NCBI RefSeq assembly: GCF_004010195.1 | Contig: NC_057744.1 | Coordinates: 13,295,518 to 13,359,517, forward strand | DNA: 64,000 bases | Source: Chiloscyllium plagiosum | Taxonomy: Eukaryota | Direction: 5' to 3' | In this document: positions 39,389 through 52,203 of the stretch, one piece after another | Numbering within the stretch: position 1 is the stretch's first letter | Layout of the letters: each line of letters begins with the position of its first letter | Translations under genes and position numbers: made by a program | Notes under the pieces: model-generated | The model's database searches: none | What the model saw: the letters and a program-made list of their open reading frames with translations, nothing else | What the model was told of the DNA's origin: nothing

Positions 39389-40397
39389 CCGTACATACTC
39401 AAGTAATAGTCGAATGTTTTGACTACTATTTAAGGTTAAATGTATGGGGTTGAACATTACATGGATACTGTTTTTGAGGGGCTGAAATTCATGCCCGTCA
39501 AAATTCATACCCCCCCCTGCTGACCAATAAATGATTGAAGAAAAAAAATGAATTATGGTAACTCTGAAAACCGGGACATTGGTTAGGCCACTGTTGGAAT
39601 ATTGTGTGCAATTCTGGTCTCCTTCCTATCGGAAAGATGTTATGAAACTTGAAAGGGTTCAGAAAAGATTTATAAGGATGTTGCCAGGGTTGGAAGATTT
39701 GAGATATAGGGAGATGCTGAAGAGGCTGGGGTGATTCTGAAGGTGATTCTGAATATTCTTTAGAAACAAATACAGTTCAGGTGTTCTTTAACAGTTGTTT
39801 TCCCTGGAGCATCGGAGGCTGAGAGGTGACCTTATCAAGGTTTACAAAATTATGAGGGACATGGATAGGATAAATAGACAAAGACATTTCCCTGGGGTGG
39901 AGGAGTCCAGAACTAGAGGGCATAGGTTTAGGGTGAGAGTGGAAAGATATAAAAGCGACCTAAGGGACAACGTTTTCACGCAAAAGGTGGTACATGCATG
40001 GAAGACTACAATTGCAACATTTAAGAGGCATTTGGATGGGTATGTGAATGGGAAGGGCTTGGAGGGATATGGGCTGGGTGCTGGCAGGTGGGACTAGATT
40101 GGGTTGGGATATCTGGTCGGCATGGATGGGTTGGACCGAAGGGTCTGTTTCCATGCTGTACATCTCTATGACTCTATGACTGTAAAACAGCTAGCAGACT
40201 GGAAGACCAGGAGCGGAGTGGAACAACCGGCAGATTGGAACGCTGGAGTGGGCTGCGACAGCGGCACACTGACTCATAAACATTGATCTGCTATTTGTGA
40301 AGAACAAGGGTCAACCTTTACACGTGATGTATGGAAAATTCCAGATTATTTAACCAAAAAAAAGGTCGACCTTTACATGAGATCGACTATATACCGA
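39389..40397. mobile_element. Remnant Tc1/mariner (Tc2/pogo-like) non-autonomous DNA transposon split by a CR1
   Basis: TA + ccgtacatactcaagtaatagtcga at the left end; partial inverted end tcgactatatacc at ~40383-40395. Confidence 0.45.
39572..40181 (+). mobile_element. CR1-type (HER1-like) LINE 3' part
   Basis: LVRPLLEYCVQFWSP, ORF 39795-40097 FSLEHRRLRGDLIKVYK and (ctctatga)n tail. Confidence 0.93.
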
Positions 40398-40930
40398 ATT
40401 TAGAGTCACAAAGTCCTAGAAATGTACAACACGTGGACAGACCCTTCATTCGTACTCATCCATGCCAACCAGATATCCTGAATTAATTTAGTCTCATTTG
40501 CCAACACTTGACCCATAACCCTCCAAACCCTTCCTATTCATTTACCCAGATGCCTTTTAAATGTTGTAATTTTACCAGCCTCCACCACTTTCTCTGGCAG
40601 CTCACTCTGGACATGTACCACCCTCTGTGTGAAAACGTTGCCCCTTAGATCTCTTTTAAATATTTCCCCCCTCACTCTAAACCTATGCCCTCTAGTTCTG
40701 GATTCCCCCACCCCAGGGAGAAGACCTTGCGTAATTATCCGATCCATGCCCCTCACAATTTTATAAACCTCTATAAGGTCGCCCCTCAGCCTCTGATGCT
40801 CCAGGGAAAACAGCACCAGCTTATTCAGCATCTCCGAGGAGAAAGTGAGGTCTGCAGATGCTGGAGATCAAAGTTGAAACTTTATTGCTGGAACAGCACA
40901 GCAGGTCAGGCAGCATCCAGGGAACAGGAG

Positions 40931-40966
40931 ATTCGACGTTTCGGGCACAGGCCCTTCTTCAGGAAT
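40931..40966 (-). ncRNA. Intact minimal type-I hammerhead ribozyme motif (PLE family 1)
   Basis: Minus strand AUUC-CUGAAGA-A-GGGC(CUGU)GCCC-GAAAC-GUC-GAAU. Confidence 0.85.
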
Positions 40967-41438
40967 GAGCAGAGAGTGTTCAGCAGGAGAAGATAAAAGG
41001 TAGGGAGGAGGGACTTGGAGGAGGGGAGTTGGAAATGTGATAGGTGGAAAGAGGTCAAGGTGAGGGTGATAGGTCGGAGTAGGACGGAGGCGGAGAGGTC
41101 AAGAAGAAGACAGCAGGTCAGGAAGGCGGTGCCGGGCGGGAAGGATCCGGCTGAGACAAGGTGGGGGGAGGGGGGATGAAAAAACTCATCACCCCAGGGG
41201 ACCTCCCATCCACCGCCTCCAACCTCATAGTCCCACAACCCCGAACCGCCCGTTTCTACCTCCTGCCCAAAATCCACAAACCTGACTGCCCCGGACGACC
41301 CATCGTCTCAGCCTGCTCCTGCCCAACCGAACTCATCTCGGCATACCTCGACACGGTCCTGTCCCCATTAGTCCAAGAACCCCCCACCTACGTCCGTGAC
41401 ACCACCCACGCCCTCCACCTCCTCCAGGATTCCCGCTT

Positions 41439-41879
41439 NNNNNNNNNNNNNNNNNNNNNNNNNNNNNNNNNNNNNNNNNNNNNNNNNNNNNNNNNNNNNN
41501 NNNNNNNNNNNNNNNNNNNNNNNNNNNNNNNNNNNNNNNNNNNNNNNNNNNNNNNNNNNNNNNNNNNNNNNNNNNNNNNNNNNNNNNNNNNNNNNNNNNN
41601 NNNNNNNNNNNNNNNNNNNNNNNNNNNNNNNNNNNNNNNNNNNNNNNNNNNNNNNNNNNNNNNNNNNNNNNNNNNNNNNNNNNNNNNNNNNNNNNNNNNN
41701 NNNNNNNNNNNNNNNNNNNNNNNNNNNNNNNNNNNNNNNNNNNNNNNNNNNNNNNNNNNNNNNNNNNNNNNNNNNNNNNNNNNNNNNNNNNNNNNNNNNN
41801 NNNNNNNNNNNNNNNNNNNNNNNNNNNNNNNNNNNNNNNNNNNNNNNNNNNNNNNNNNNNNNNNNNNNNNNNNNNNNNN
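41439..41879. other. Assembly gap (441 N)
   Basis: Run of N. Confidence 1.
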
Positions 41880-42046
41880 AGGTGCCGGTGTTGGACTAAG
41901 GTGGGCAAAGTTAAAAATCTGACAACACTAGGTTATAGTCCAACAGGTTTATTTGGAAGCACTAGCTTCCGGAGCACTGCTCCTTCATCAGGTAGCTGAT
42001 AAATCTGTTGAACTATAACCTAGTGTTGTCTGATTTTTAACTTTGT
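41880..42046. mobile_element. Palindromic PLE derivative (family 3) with hammerhead-like core at 41960-41994 (-)
   Basis: Inverted arms caaagttaaaaatc.gacaacactaggttatagt.caacag; minus strand UAC-CUGAUGA-A-GGAGC(AGU)GCUCC-GGAAG-CUA-GUG. Confidence 0.8.
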
Positions 42047-42984
42047 TTCTGTGTTGCCAGCCCTGAGTAACATTGTTAAATCTTGCCAAATGCTGTTGAG
42101 TCTCAATTCAAAAAGATAATCACAGAGTGAGTTGCGATGAAAATCATGGGTCCCAGGCGCATAATGGAAGCAGCAGCTCCAGGCAAAGCAGACAGCAGAG
42201 ACCGACACACTGAACACATGGCAAGTATCTCTGCTTAGTTATCATTCCCAGTGGATCCCTCACCAAATAAGAAAATGTCTCAGCATCCCATCCAGCTTTA
42301 TCCTTTATGAGGTAAAGGAACGAGAGGCGGAGAAAACTTTGAGCAAGAGCCTGCTTGCTTGCTTTCTGTAACTGAACCTAGAACATAGCATTAGAGCTGG
42401 CAGCATCTGTGAAGAGAAACGTTTTGGGTCGACTGAGCCTCAGAACCCACAGATGCTACCATACCAGCAGAGTCTCTCCAACAATTTCTGTTTTTGTTTC
42501 TGATTTACAGCAGCCGCAGTTCTTTTGGCTTTTAACATATCATTAGGACTTGACAGAAATGTGGATGTAACAGCCCACAAGCTGCATCTTCTAACAGCCA
42601 CACTGTAGGTATTTAGAACAATGAAAGGATCTTACACACATTACTGAAGCTAAGCTCCCAGCATCATAAGCCTTCACAAGCCATCAGCATTGAATAGTTC
42701 TTTGCGGAGATTAAACAAATGACTTATTTGTCTGACAGATGTTGTGCTTTGAAAAATATTTGCATGCTTCAGCAAAGCACTCAGATTTTATTGGCCAACC
42801 AGTCACCCAGCTTTTCTGCTCCTTCCCTCTTTGTCAGCTGGAACTCAGTCAGTCACATTTGCTTGTAAAGTCAGGCTCATTTGGGAATTAAAACACAACA
42901 GCGAATGCTGGAGATTGGAAACAAAACAGAAATTTCTGCAGAGACTCTGCTGATATGGTAGCATCTGTGAGAAGAAAGGACAGG

Positions 42985-44665
42985 AGTGGGAATTTGTGCT
43001 TGGAGTCCGAGGAGATAGGAGAGGTGCTAAATGAATATTTTTCATTAGTATTTACACTGGAAAGAGACAATGTTGTTGAGGAGAACACTGAGGTACAGGC
43101 TATTAGATGAGATGGGACTGAGGTTCGTAAGGAGGAGGTGTTAGCAATTCTGGAAAGTGTGAAAATAGATAAGTCCCCTGGGCCGGATGTGATTTATCCT
43201 CAGATTCTCTGGGAAGCCAGGAAGGAGATTGCAGAACATTTGGCTTTGATCTTTATGTCGTCATTGTCGACAGAAATTGTGCCAGAAGACTGGAAGATAG
43301 CAAATGTTGTCCCCTTGTTCAAGAAGGGGAGTAGAGACAACTTTGGTAATTATAGAGCAGTGAGCCTTACTTCAGTTGTGGGTAAAGTGCTGGAAAGAAT
43401 TATAAGATATAGGATTTATTATTAACTAGAAAGGAACAATTTGATTAGGGATAGTCAACACAGTTTTGTGAAGGGCAGGTCGTGCCTCGCAAAGCTTATT
43501 GAGATGGTTGAGAAGATGAATGAGGGTATAGTGGTTGATGTGGTGTACATGGATTTCAGTAAAGCGTTTGATAAGGTTCCCCATGGTAAGCTGTTGCAGT
43601 AAATATGGAGGTATGGGATTGAGGGTGATTTAGTGGTATGAATCAGAAATTGGTTAGCTGAAAGAAGACAGAGAGTGGTGGTGGCAAATGTTCATCCTGG
43701 TGTTCAGTTATTAGTGGTATACCATAAGGATCTGTTTAGGGGCCACTGCTGTTTGTCATTTTTATACATGACCTGGATGATGGCGTAGAAGGATGGGTTA
43801 GTAAATTTACAAATGACTCTAAGGTCGGTCGAGCTGTGGACAGTGCTGAAGGATATTGCTGCTTACAGAGGGACATAGATAAGCTGCAGAGTTGGGCTGA
43901 AAGGTGGCAAATGGAGTTTAATGCAGAAAAGTGTGAGGTGATTCATTTTGGAAGAAGTAACAGTAATACAGAGTACTGGGGTAATGGTAAGGTTCTTGCA
44001 GTGTGGATGAGCAGAAAGATCTCCGTGTCCATGTACATAGATCCCTGAAAGTTGCCACCCAGGTTAATAGGATTGTTAAGAAGGCATATGAACCATGGGG
44101 TTATGTTGCAGCTGTAGGAAACTATGGTGTGGCCGCACTTGGAGTATTGCGTACAGTTCTGGTTACCACATTATAGGAAGGATGTGTAAGTTTTGGAAAA
44201 GATGCAGAGGAGATTTATGAGGATATTGTCTGGTATGGAAGGAAGGTCTTCTGAGGAAAGACTGAGTGACCTGAGGCTGTTTTCGTTAGAAGGAAGAGGT
44301 TGAGAGGTGACTTAATAGAGATGTGAAAGATGATCAGAGGATTAGATAGTGTTAGCAGAGAGAGACGTTTTCCTCGGATAGTGATGGCTAGCATGAGAGG
44401 ACATAGCTTTAAATTGAGCGGTGATAGATATAGGACAGATGTCAGAGGGGTAGTTTCTTTACTCAGAGAGTAGTAATGGCGTGAAACTCCCTGCCTGCAA
44501 CTGTAGTAGACTCACCGACTTTAATGTCTTTTTAAATGGCCATTGGATAAACATATGGATGATAATGCAACAATGCAGGTTAGTTCAGCTTCAGGCTGGT
44601 TTCACAGGTCAGCACAACATTGAGGGTCAGAGAGCCTGGACTGTGCTGTAATGTTCTGTGTTCTT
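42985..44665 (+). mobile_element. CR1-type LINE, 5'-truncated ORF2 (RT) to 3' tail, frameshifted
   Basis: KSPGPDVIYPQIL...PEDWKIANVVPLFKKG..NYRAVSLTSVVGKVLE, DFSKAFDKVPH and LQRDIDKLQSWAERWQMEFNAEKC. Confidence 0.95.
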
Positions 44666-44799
44666 TGAAAGCAAGATAATATTTCGAGTCTGGCGATTCT
44701 TCATCAGAACTGTTAACAGCTCAGGAAAGGTGGTAATATATTGAAGTGACGTTTGTGGGAAGGGGTTGGTCTTGCACAAGGTGACTTACTTGCCGATTT

Positions 44800-45116
44800 A
44801 CTTCCTCCAACCTCAGTATCCAAGGCCTCAGGCACACCTTCCAGGTGAAGCAGCAGCTTACCTGCACTTCTCTCAACTCATTTATTTCATTCACTGCTCA
44901 GAATGTGGTCTCCTGTATATCGGGGGAGATGAAACACAGATTTGATGACCGCTTTGCTGAACACCTACACTCTGTCTGTAAAACATGACCCAGAGTTTCC
45001 CACTGCCTCCACTTCAACACACCACTGTGTTCCTACACCAACATTTCTGTCCCAGATCTGTTGCAGTGTTCCTTAACGCAAGTTCAAAGAACAACACTTC
45101 ATTTTCCACTTGGGGA
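44800..45116 (+). mobile_element. Old decayed PLE GIY-YIG fragment
   Basis: IHCSECGLLYIG...RFDDRFAEHL; similar to 24630-24910. Confidence 0.75.
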
Positions 45117-45135
45117 TGCTGAACACTCTCTGCTC

Positions 45136-45171
45136 ATTCCTGAAGAAGGGCCTGTGCCCGAAACGTCGAAT
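45136..45171 (+). ncRNA. Intact minimal type-I hammerhead ribozyme motif (PLE family 1)
   Basis: AUUC-CUGAAGA-A-GGGC(CUGU)GCCC-GAAAC-GUC-GAAU; predicted cleavage after C45167. Confidence 0.85.
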
Positions 45172-46269
45172 CTCCTGTTCCCTGGATGCTGCCTGACCTG
45201 CTGTGCTGTTCCAGCAATAAAGTTTCAACTATTCAGCATCTCCCTATAGTTCAAATCCTCCAACCCTGGCAACATCCTTGTAAATCTTTTCTGAACCCTT
45301 TCAAGTTTTGCAACATCTTTTTGATAGGAGGGAGACCAGAATTGCTTGCAATATTCCAAAAATGTCCTTTACAGCCACATGACCTCTCCAACCCCTGTAC
45401 TCAATGCTCTGACCAATAAAAGAAAGCATACCAAACGCCTTCTTCACTATCTTATCTACCTGCGACTCCACTTTCAAGGAGCTATGAACCTGAACTCCAA
45501 GGTCTCTTTGTTCAGCAGCACTCCCCAGGACCTTACCATTCAGTATGTAAGTCCTGCTCTGATTTGCCTTTCTGAAATGCAGCACCAGACATTTACCTAA
45601 ATCAATCTCTATCTGCCACTTCTCAGCCTACTGGTCTATCTGATCATGATCCCATTGTACTCTGAGGTAACCTTATTTGCTGTCCATGACACTTCCAATT
45701 TTGGTGTCATCTGCAAACTTACTAACTATACCTCCTACTTTCACATCCAAATCAATTATATAAATGACAAAAAGCAGTGGACCCAGCACCTATCCTTGTG
45801 GCACACCACTACTGAGCTTCAACAATATTATGACTTAGGTTTTATGAAGGTGATTCTGAATATTCTTTAGAAACAAATACAGTTCAGGTATTCTTTAACA
45901 GCACGTCCAAAAATTGAAATGGCGAAACAACCAAAGTTTTATTTTTCAAGCACACCTCTAAATCATGTGGGAAACTGGGGTTCCGGCAGAACCCCAGTGT
46001 TACCTTATAGGTACTGAAGCAGTTCCAGAAAACTCACAAGGATCAGGCTGGGGTTCTCTTGTTTTCACTTCTGACACTTCAGCCAGTTCTGACCTGAAGT
46101 CCATCAAAAATCATCTCTTTAGCAATACTGTTGACAGTCACACGTTTGCTTTACCTTGGCTTTTTAGTCCTTTTTTATTGAAAAAGCAGTTTTATTCTTC
46201 CAATAGTCATGTTAGAAAGACCATTTTATACCCCTATAGGTGGTGTAAGAAAAATAATTAGCAAAGGGG

Positions 46270-47790
46270 ATGTTGCAATGACATGACCAATGTATGTCCA
46301 AAATGACTGAGTGAGGAGAATGGGATAGGTGTCACCATCATATATGATTTAAAGAAGCAGAAAGACCAATTGTTGAAATCTCATAAGGAAGGTAAATCTC
46401 AAAAATTAATGATCAATAGAAAAACATTGCATAGATCAAAAGTGATTAAACCAATCATGTTAAGTTGAAATGGATCCATCAGTGAAGAAGTAAAAAGCTT
46501 CCATTTTTGGCCCATGAAGCAAGTCAAGTTTGCCCATGTAGAACCAAAGCTTGAATTAGCATGTGAGTACATGACAGGGAGGTTTCAGAAATTCAAAAAG
46601 AATCACTGTGTCAAGTTTTAAAAGATATTTGGTGATAAGGCATCTACAAACCATGAAACTGCTGAAATCTTTATTGATGAGTTCACCAAGTTCATTTTGG
46701 ACCATAATTTTCCACCTGAACAAATATATAATGCAGATGAAACTAGTCTGTTCTGGTGATACGTCCTTAGGAAAGTGCTAACAACAGTTGAAGAGAAAGC
46801 ACCAACAGGTTAAGGATGCAAAGGTTTGTTGAACAGTTTTTGCATTTGCCAATACAGCTGGCACACAAACATTTAATTTGAATGTAATTGTGGAGAGCAG
46901 AAATCCCAGATGCTTCAAAGGAATTCAGACATTACAAGCTCACTGCTGTGCTAATAAGAGGGTCTGGGTATCAACAAAATGACTGATTGGTTTCATTATC
47001 AATTTGTACCCAAGGCACATTAACATTGTCAAGCAGCTGGACTTCAAGATCATTGTGAAATCTTGTTGCTCCTGGATAACTGTTCAGTACATCCCACTGT
47101 TGAACTGTTGGTGAAGAACAATGGTTTCATTGTTTACTTCCCACTGATGCAAAATCATTAATTCAGACGAAGACATCGTTTGTCCATGAAATGTAAATAT
47201 AGAGACTCTTCCATGATTCGCATGCTTGGTCCTGTAAACAAAGGCCCAATGTTAGACAGTTTTTAAAAGAAATTTACTGTCAAGAACACCCTGTGTGCAT
47301 CAGCTAATGTCTGTGGCTTTGTTGATGAAATAACCTTGACAAATGTATGGCATAATATTTTACCTGCAATAATGTTGAAAGAAGATGATAGGATGGAAGA
47401 AGACTTTGAAGGCTTTCATGTGAGCAAAGAATTCCTTGAGTACACAAAACATATACCTTTGGATCGTGTGAACAACCTTTAGGTGAAAGATATCAAAGAG
47501 GTGCTTACTGTTGATATTGAAGCACCAATCATGCATTTGTGATCAATAAAGAGATTGAACAAATGATGAAATATCAAGGTAAAAGCAGTGACGATGTGGA
47601 TGACTGGATTTTGGACAGGTCGAGAATGTACCTATAGATAATATTGTAATGATGAGTGACAATTTGATATATACACTGGAAAAATGTGATCATATAACCA
47701 AGTAGGAAGCAATGCCTGCATATAAAAATCAAGAACAAACTTCTGAAAGAAGAAAACAAAGATAATGAGGTCGATGACACTGGAAGAACT
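46270..47790 (+). pseudogene. Decayed Tigger/pogo (JRKL/TIGD-like) DNA-transposon transposase
   Basis: GIGVTIIYDLKKQK (HTH), FQKFKKNH, PEQIYNADETSLFW*, ANTAG, NPRCFKG, DWFHYQFVP and LLLLDNCSVHP; multiple stops and frameshifts. Confidence 0.9.
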
Positions 47791-47817
47791 TTCCAAGAAG
47801 GGCTCATAACAAAGTTA

Positions 47818-48030
47818 TTTCAGTTAGCTGGATGACTGGTTTGCATTGTAGAGTGATACCAACAGCATGGGTTCACTCTCTGCACTGGCTGAGGCTATCA
47901 TAAAGATCTCTCCTTCTCAACCTTTCCCTTCAACCTGAGGCATGGTGACCCCTGGTTTAAACCACAACTAGCTGTACTCTCTAATGAGAGAGCAGCCCTG
48001 TAGTCCTCTGGGACATTGGTTACTTTACTA
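47818..48030 (+). mobile_element. SINE family B
   Basis: tRNA-like head (tcagttagctggat...gggttcact); matches 5093-5290 inverted. Confidence 0.7.
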
Positions 48031-48143
48031 TGGAAAAGGAAGTTATTGATCTAGCTGTTTTTATTTCCTCCTTTTCTTGTCTCAACCTGCATATGTTTCT
48101 TGCAATGCACTGCCCTCACTGACTTCCTGGTCAGAGAACCAGT

Positions 48144-48445
48144 GGGCTGCACGGTGGTACAGTGGTTAGCACTGCTGCCTCACAGCGCCAGAGACCCGGG
48201 TTCAATTCCCGCCTCAGGTGACTGACTGTGTGGAGTTTGCACGTTCTCCCCGTGTCTGCGTGGGTTTCCTCCGGGTGCTCCGGTTTCCTCCCACAGTCCA
48301 AAGATGTGCAGGTCAGGTGAATTGGCCATGCTAAAAATTACCCGTAGTGTTAGGTAAGGGGTAAATGTAGGGGTATGGGTGGGTTGCGGGTTGGTGTGGA
48401 CTTGTTGGGCCGAAGGGTCTGTTTCCACACTGTAATGTAATCTAA
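48144..48445 (+). mobile_element. HE1-type V-SINE (young)
   Basis: A/B boxes, CpG-rich V-domain and tail. Confidence 0.93.
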
Positions 48446-51400
48446 AAATTTTACATATATCATCTGACCCATGGTTTAGTTGACTAATCAGGCTTTTCTG
48501 CAGATGTATTAATTATATTGAAAGATGCAAGGAGAGGATTTGGAGAAAACTGCTGCACAATCAAGCAGTTAGTGCTTGATCAAAATGAAAAGGCCAATAT
48601 TTATCATCTATTAATGATAGTGTTTGGTGCACTAATGCTCTTCCTGGCACTCACATAGCCACGTGCAAATCCATGCTGCAATTTCCAAAGAAGTGCCATT
48701 TTTTTTACACTTTGTAGCATTTTGTTGAGGAAATTATTCATTTAGTGGCAGCTCCAGAGGCAATAATTTTTTTTTACAACTACACAGCAAATCCAATTCT
48801 GTCTTCCTGCAGTAGCGGAAATGAAAAAGAGTGGATTTAATTATATCTGCCCTGATAATTTGCCATAACCGTGGCAGTTTTATTAAACTGAAGACTGCAG
48901 GAAGAATATTTATCCTAAACATTCTTTGTGCTCTAGGTACCAACCACTTAGCTCACTGGTCATGTTATACGTTAGGTATTGCTTGCAGCTTTTCTCTTCT
49001 GTACACAGCACTATCAAGCATTTAGAGGATACCTAAGAAATACTAACTTTTGATCTGTTTTCTTATTAGTTAACTTTCTTTGGATAGTTGTAATGTTTTC
49101 TGGTATATTTAACATTGTTTCTTTAATTATATATTTCATTTCTTAAATGATAGTGCTTTGACAGTGCTTAAGCACTTTAGTCAATAATTAAAATCTGTTA
49201 TTGATGAATAACGTTTTTAGTTAAAAGCTTTGGAGGGAAAAATAAAGTGGTACAAGGTGAGTTTATATCTAGATAAATCAGGCTTTGAGAAAGAATGGAA
49301 GTGGAAACAAATGTGAGGGGAAAAGAAAAGAAATCTACTTAAAGAATTTATTAAATTTATATAGTGTCTTCTACAGCTTCACATGCTACAAAGTGCTTTG
49401 TAGCCAGTTTAAGTAAATTCAGTGTTGCTGAAAAGATAGGCAGCTTTCCAAAGCTTTCTGCATGTACTCATCAGGACAAACACAAAAATGCCATTTTGCA
49501 AATGGACACGACAATTTATATTACAGAATAAAAGGTGCTAATTGGTTGCCAAGTAAACTCTAATTGACTGAGATGTTGCCATGGAGAAAGCAATGGAGAA
49601 CTATTGACTATCCAAACTCCTGGATAATTCAGTATTGTGTAAGGGCTTGAACATATTCCTTTTCTTTGTAGAGAACAGATCTTTGAACCTGAATATATGT
49701 TACTTCTATGACTCGACAATGATTCCAGCTTGTATAAATGAGCCATGTGTCTGACCAATTATCTTAAATTCTCATTAGTACAACTACTAGTACACTTTCT
49801 AACCAATCAGGACCTTTTATATCTCTCATATAAATGCAGTTGTTTGAAATTTGGCATTCTTGCACTGATGCTGAGTAATGTAAAACAATATCACTCGTTT
49901 TTTTGCAATATTTAAGTTATATAGTTCAAAGTGGTTGTTTTTAAATTGTAGTCACCACTGTAATGTCCTTTTCACACTGTAACAGAAGGTGATGCTAAAA
50001 TATATACTTATTCTGGGAAAAGGAATCATCTAGCACATTAAAAATTGAATCAGTTCAATGGAAAGATAAATATCCTTGGTTGCTGGGCTGGAAGATTATT
50101 TTTCTGTAATTACGCAACCATCCAAGAAACTGTTTTGATCACACCACTGACTCAAATCGAAGCTTTACATGAGAGTAATGTTTGTATTAAAGTTGACTAA
50201 CAACAAATCATTCATGGAATTCAATCAACACAACAGATATTCTTTTCTATCTCTGTGAGAACTCTTTATGGTCATGCTGCCTTAAATAAAACAGGCTTCC
50301 TTAGAGAAAACTATTTAATGTTAATTTGTCCTTCAAATCCATGGTATCTTTCTTACTAATTCTACACTGATTGAATATATCAGTTTTCTTATGCTTATTT
50401 TTATTTTTGAACTTTTATTCAATGTATTTGAGTTAACCTGAAGATAAACTGGTTAGAGTTTTCAGAATCTTAATGATCATGAGCGGGAAAGTTGAGCATT
50501 ATTGTATTATGCGCTTCCTCCATGGTCAATTTTAAATCTCAGAAACAAGTCAGTTCACTTAGTGATTGAAGATAGCTCAAATGCAGAAGTAAGAGTAACA
50601 TGTCGTCCTTTGATTAGGTACCATTTTTCTGAGCAATGCACTGGTACCATTGTTTATTTTGCACCTGATTTTCTTCACCATCTTGATTTTGCAATTGAAA
50701 TTTTACCCAGCACATCCCTGGAACCCTCTGAAAGGAATGAAAGTCATTAAGTGTGGGAATTTCCCCAGGCAATGCTGATAGATTTCCTGGGTGATAAAAT
50801 ACAGCACTTGCAATGAGGTAGGATCAGAAATTTACCCTAATTTGTCACGAATATGTACCATAAGGTAACGTGAATATGAAGAGGGAATAAAATATTAAAC
50901 ATTGATGGAAATAGTTTCAACTTTAGCATAAGAATTGATAATAGAAACGAGTTGTTTTGTAGTGACAGTTTTTTTTTAAATGTAGTTAGAGGTGTGAGAG
51001 CATATTATTTGTGAGTTTGCTCAGAATTGTGGACAGTAGTCTTTTATTGATTACGAAAGTTTGGAATTAAATCCTAACTAGCATTATGGAAGTAACGGAA
51101 ATAATGTAGGTAATGTTTTTCCTTTCCCCTCCTTAAGGGGTGATCATACCTTGGGACCACTCCAGCAAGTGCCAATCTCCTTCCAGAAGCTTGTCTATGA
51201 CCCTGCTCAGTGCATATTCTTCCCTCTTGGCTTCACGACAATTCTGATATTGTCCACAGCCATATTCTGGATGGACATTGAACACAAAACCATCTACAAT
51301 GAGAAACTCAGTAGTTGACCAGCATTTTCACGGTGGTTTGTTTACTCTCAGGGTGGTGGCAGGATAGTCACATCATACATAAACTACATAACCACATGTT

Positions 51401-52203
51401 AGAGGAATGGTTTTAGCCCATCTATTATTGTTGCAATCTGGGTGTTCTCATTATGTTGCCATTTATTTCTGAGTCTTACTTTCCCAATAAGGATTCGATA
51501 CAACTGAGTGACTTACTAAAGAGATTACTTAATGATGGCTGCTCAGTCATGATCCTGATATGGGAATAAAGACAAAGTAGGCTTTTCCAGGAATTTAGGC
51601 AGGTTTGCCTCCTGTGATGGAATGCCTATTTTTCCTGTTTGGTCTATAAACTGAAATAGAAGTTGGATTGCTGTCAAGCTGGCTGTGAAAGACAATGTTG
51701 ATTTTTGAATCAGTGGAGTAGATAAATATATTCAGATAGAGTGGCACCAACTGACTTTGAGTCAATGAGACGCTACCTGACAACAGCCCTCAGATTGGTT
51801 AAGCTGCACTTTGCCTTAAAGGTGTAAGTGGAAAGCAATAAGAGACATCCAGATCCTTGAAATTGAAAATATCTTTCTCCCCGACTCTGTGGATGAAAGA
51901 ACATGAAAATCAAGAAAGTTTAAAAGATAGAATTTGAACAAATAAAAACCTAGGTCCATCAAATCAACTATCTTAGTGAAGAATGACTAAGACTTTGTAG
52001 ATGACAGTATATCATCATTGCTGAAATGAAAAGAAATGAGAGAAGCAAATGAATCCACTCTTGTGATCTGGACCTTTGACCTTCAGAACTTTGTTCTCTA
52101 TCTATAGGTTTTGCGCCCCCATTATATCTGTGTCAGTCTAATTTTCATTAATCTTAATTACAAATGTATGTGTAACATTGGGATCTTTAAATGGTATAGA
52201 TAT

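Larger units (their letters stand above)
40836..45229 (+). mobile_element. TSD-flanked PLE-bounded block: inverted terminal repeat (40836-41177), PLE RT start (41181-41438), gap, older repeats, terminal repeat (45117-45229)
   Basis: RT peptide [45 protein letters not shown]; ~110-bp identical inverted termini; 14-bp TSD. Confidence 0.8.
40401..45810 (-). mobile_element. CR1-type LINE split in two (40401-40835 and 45230-45810) by a 4.4-kb insertion
   Basis: ORFs 40538-40831 and 45301-45585 are near-consecutive CR1 ORF2 segments; 14-bp TSD tattcagcatctcc at 40822-40835 and 45230-45243. Confidence 0.88.

Noticed and set aside
41161-41922. ORFs of 167-253 aa
   Set aside because: Length is inflated by the N gap; only 41181-41438 (PLE RT) is real
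48144-48220. tRNA-like sequence (also 22528, 52204, 55788)
   Set aside because: SINE heads continuing into V-domain or tails; not tRNA genes
51139-51320. Acceptor-like site followed by a 59-codon open frame (GDHTLGP...NEKLSS*)
   Set aside because: No recognisable homology; the minus strand faintly resembles an RTE-type LINE end
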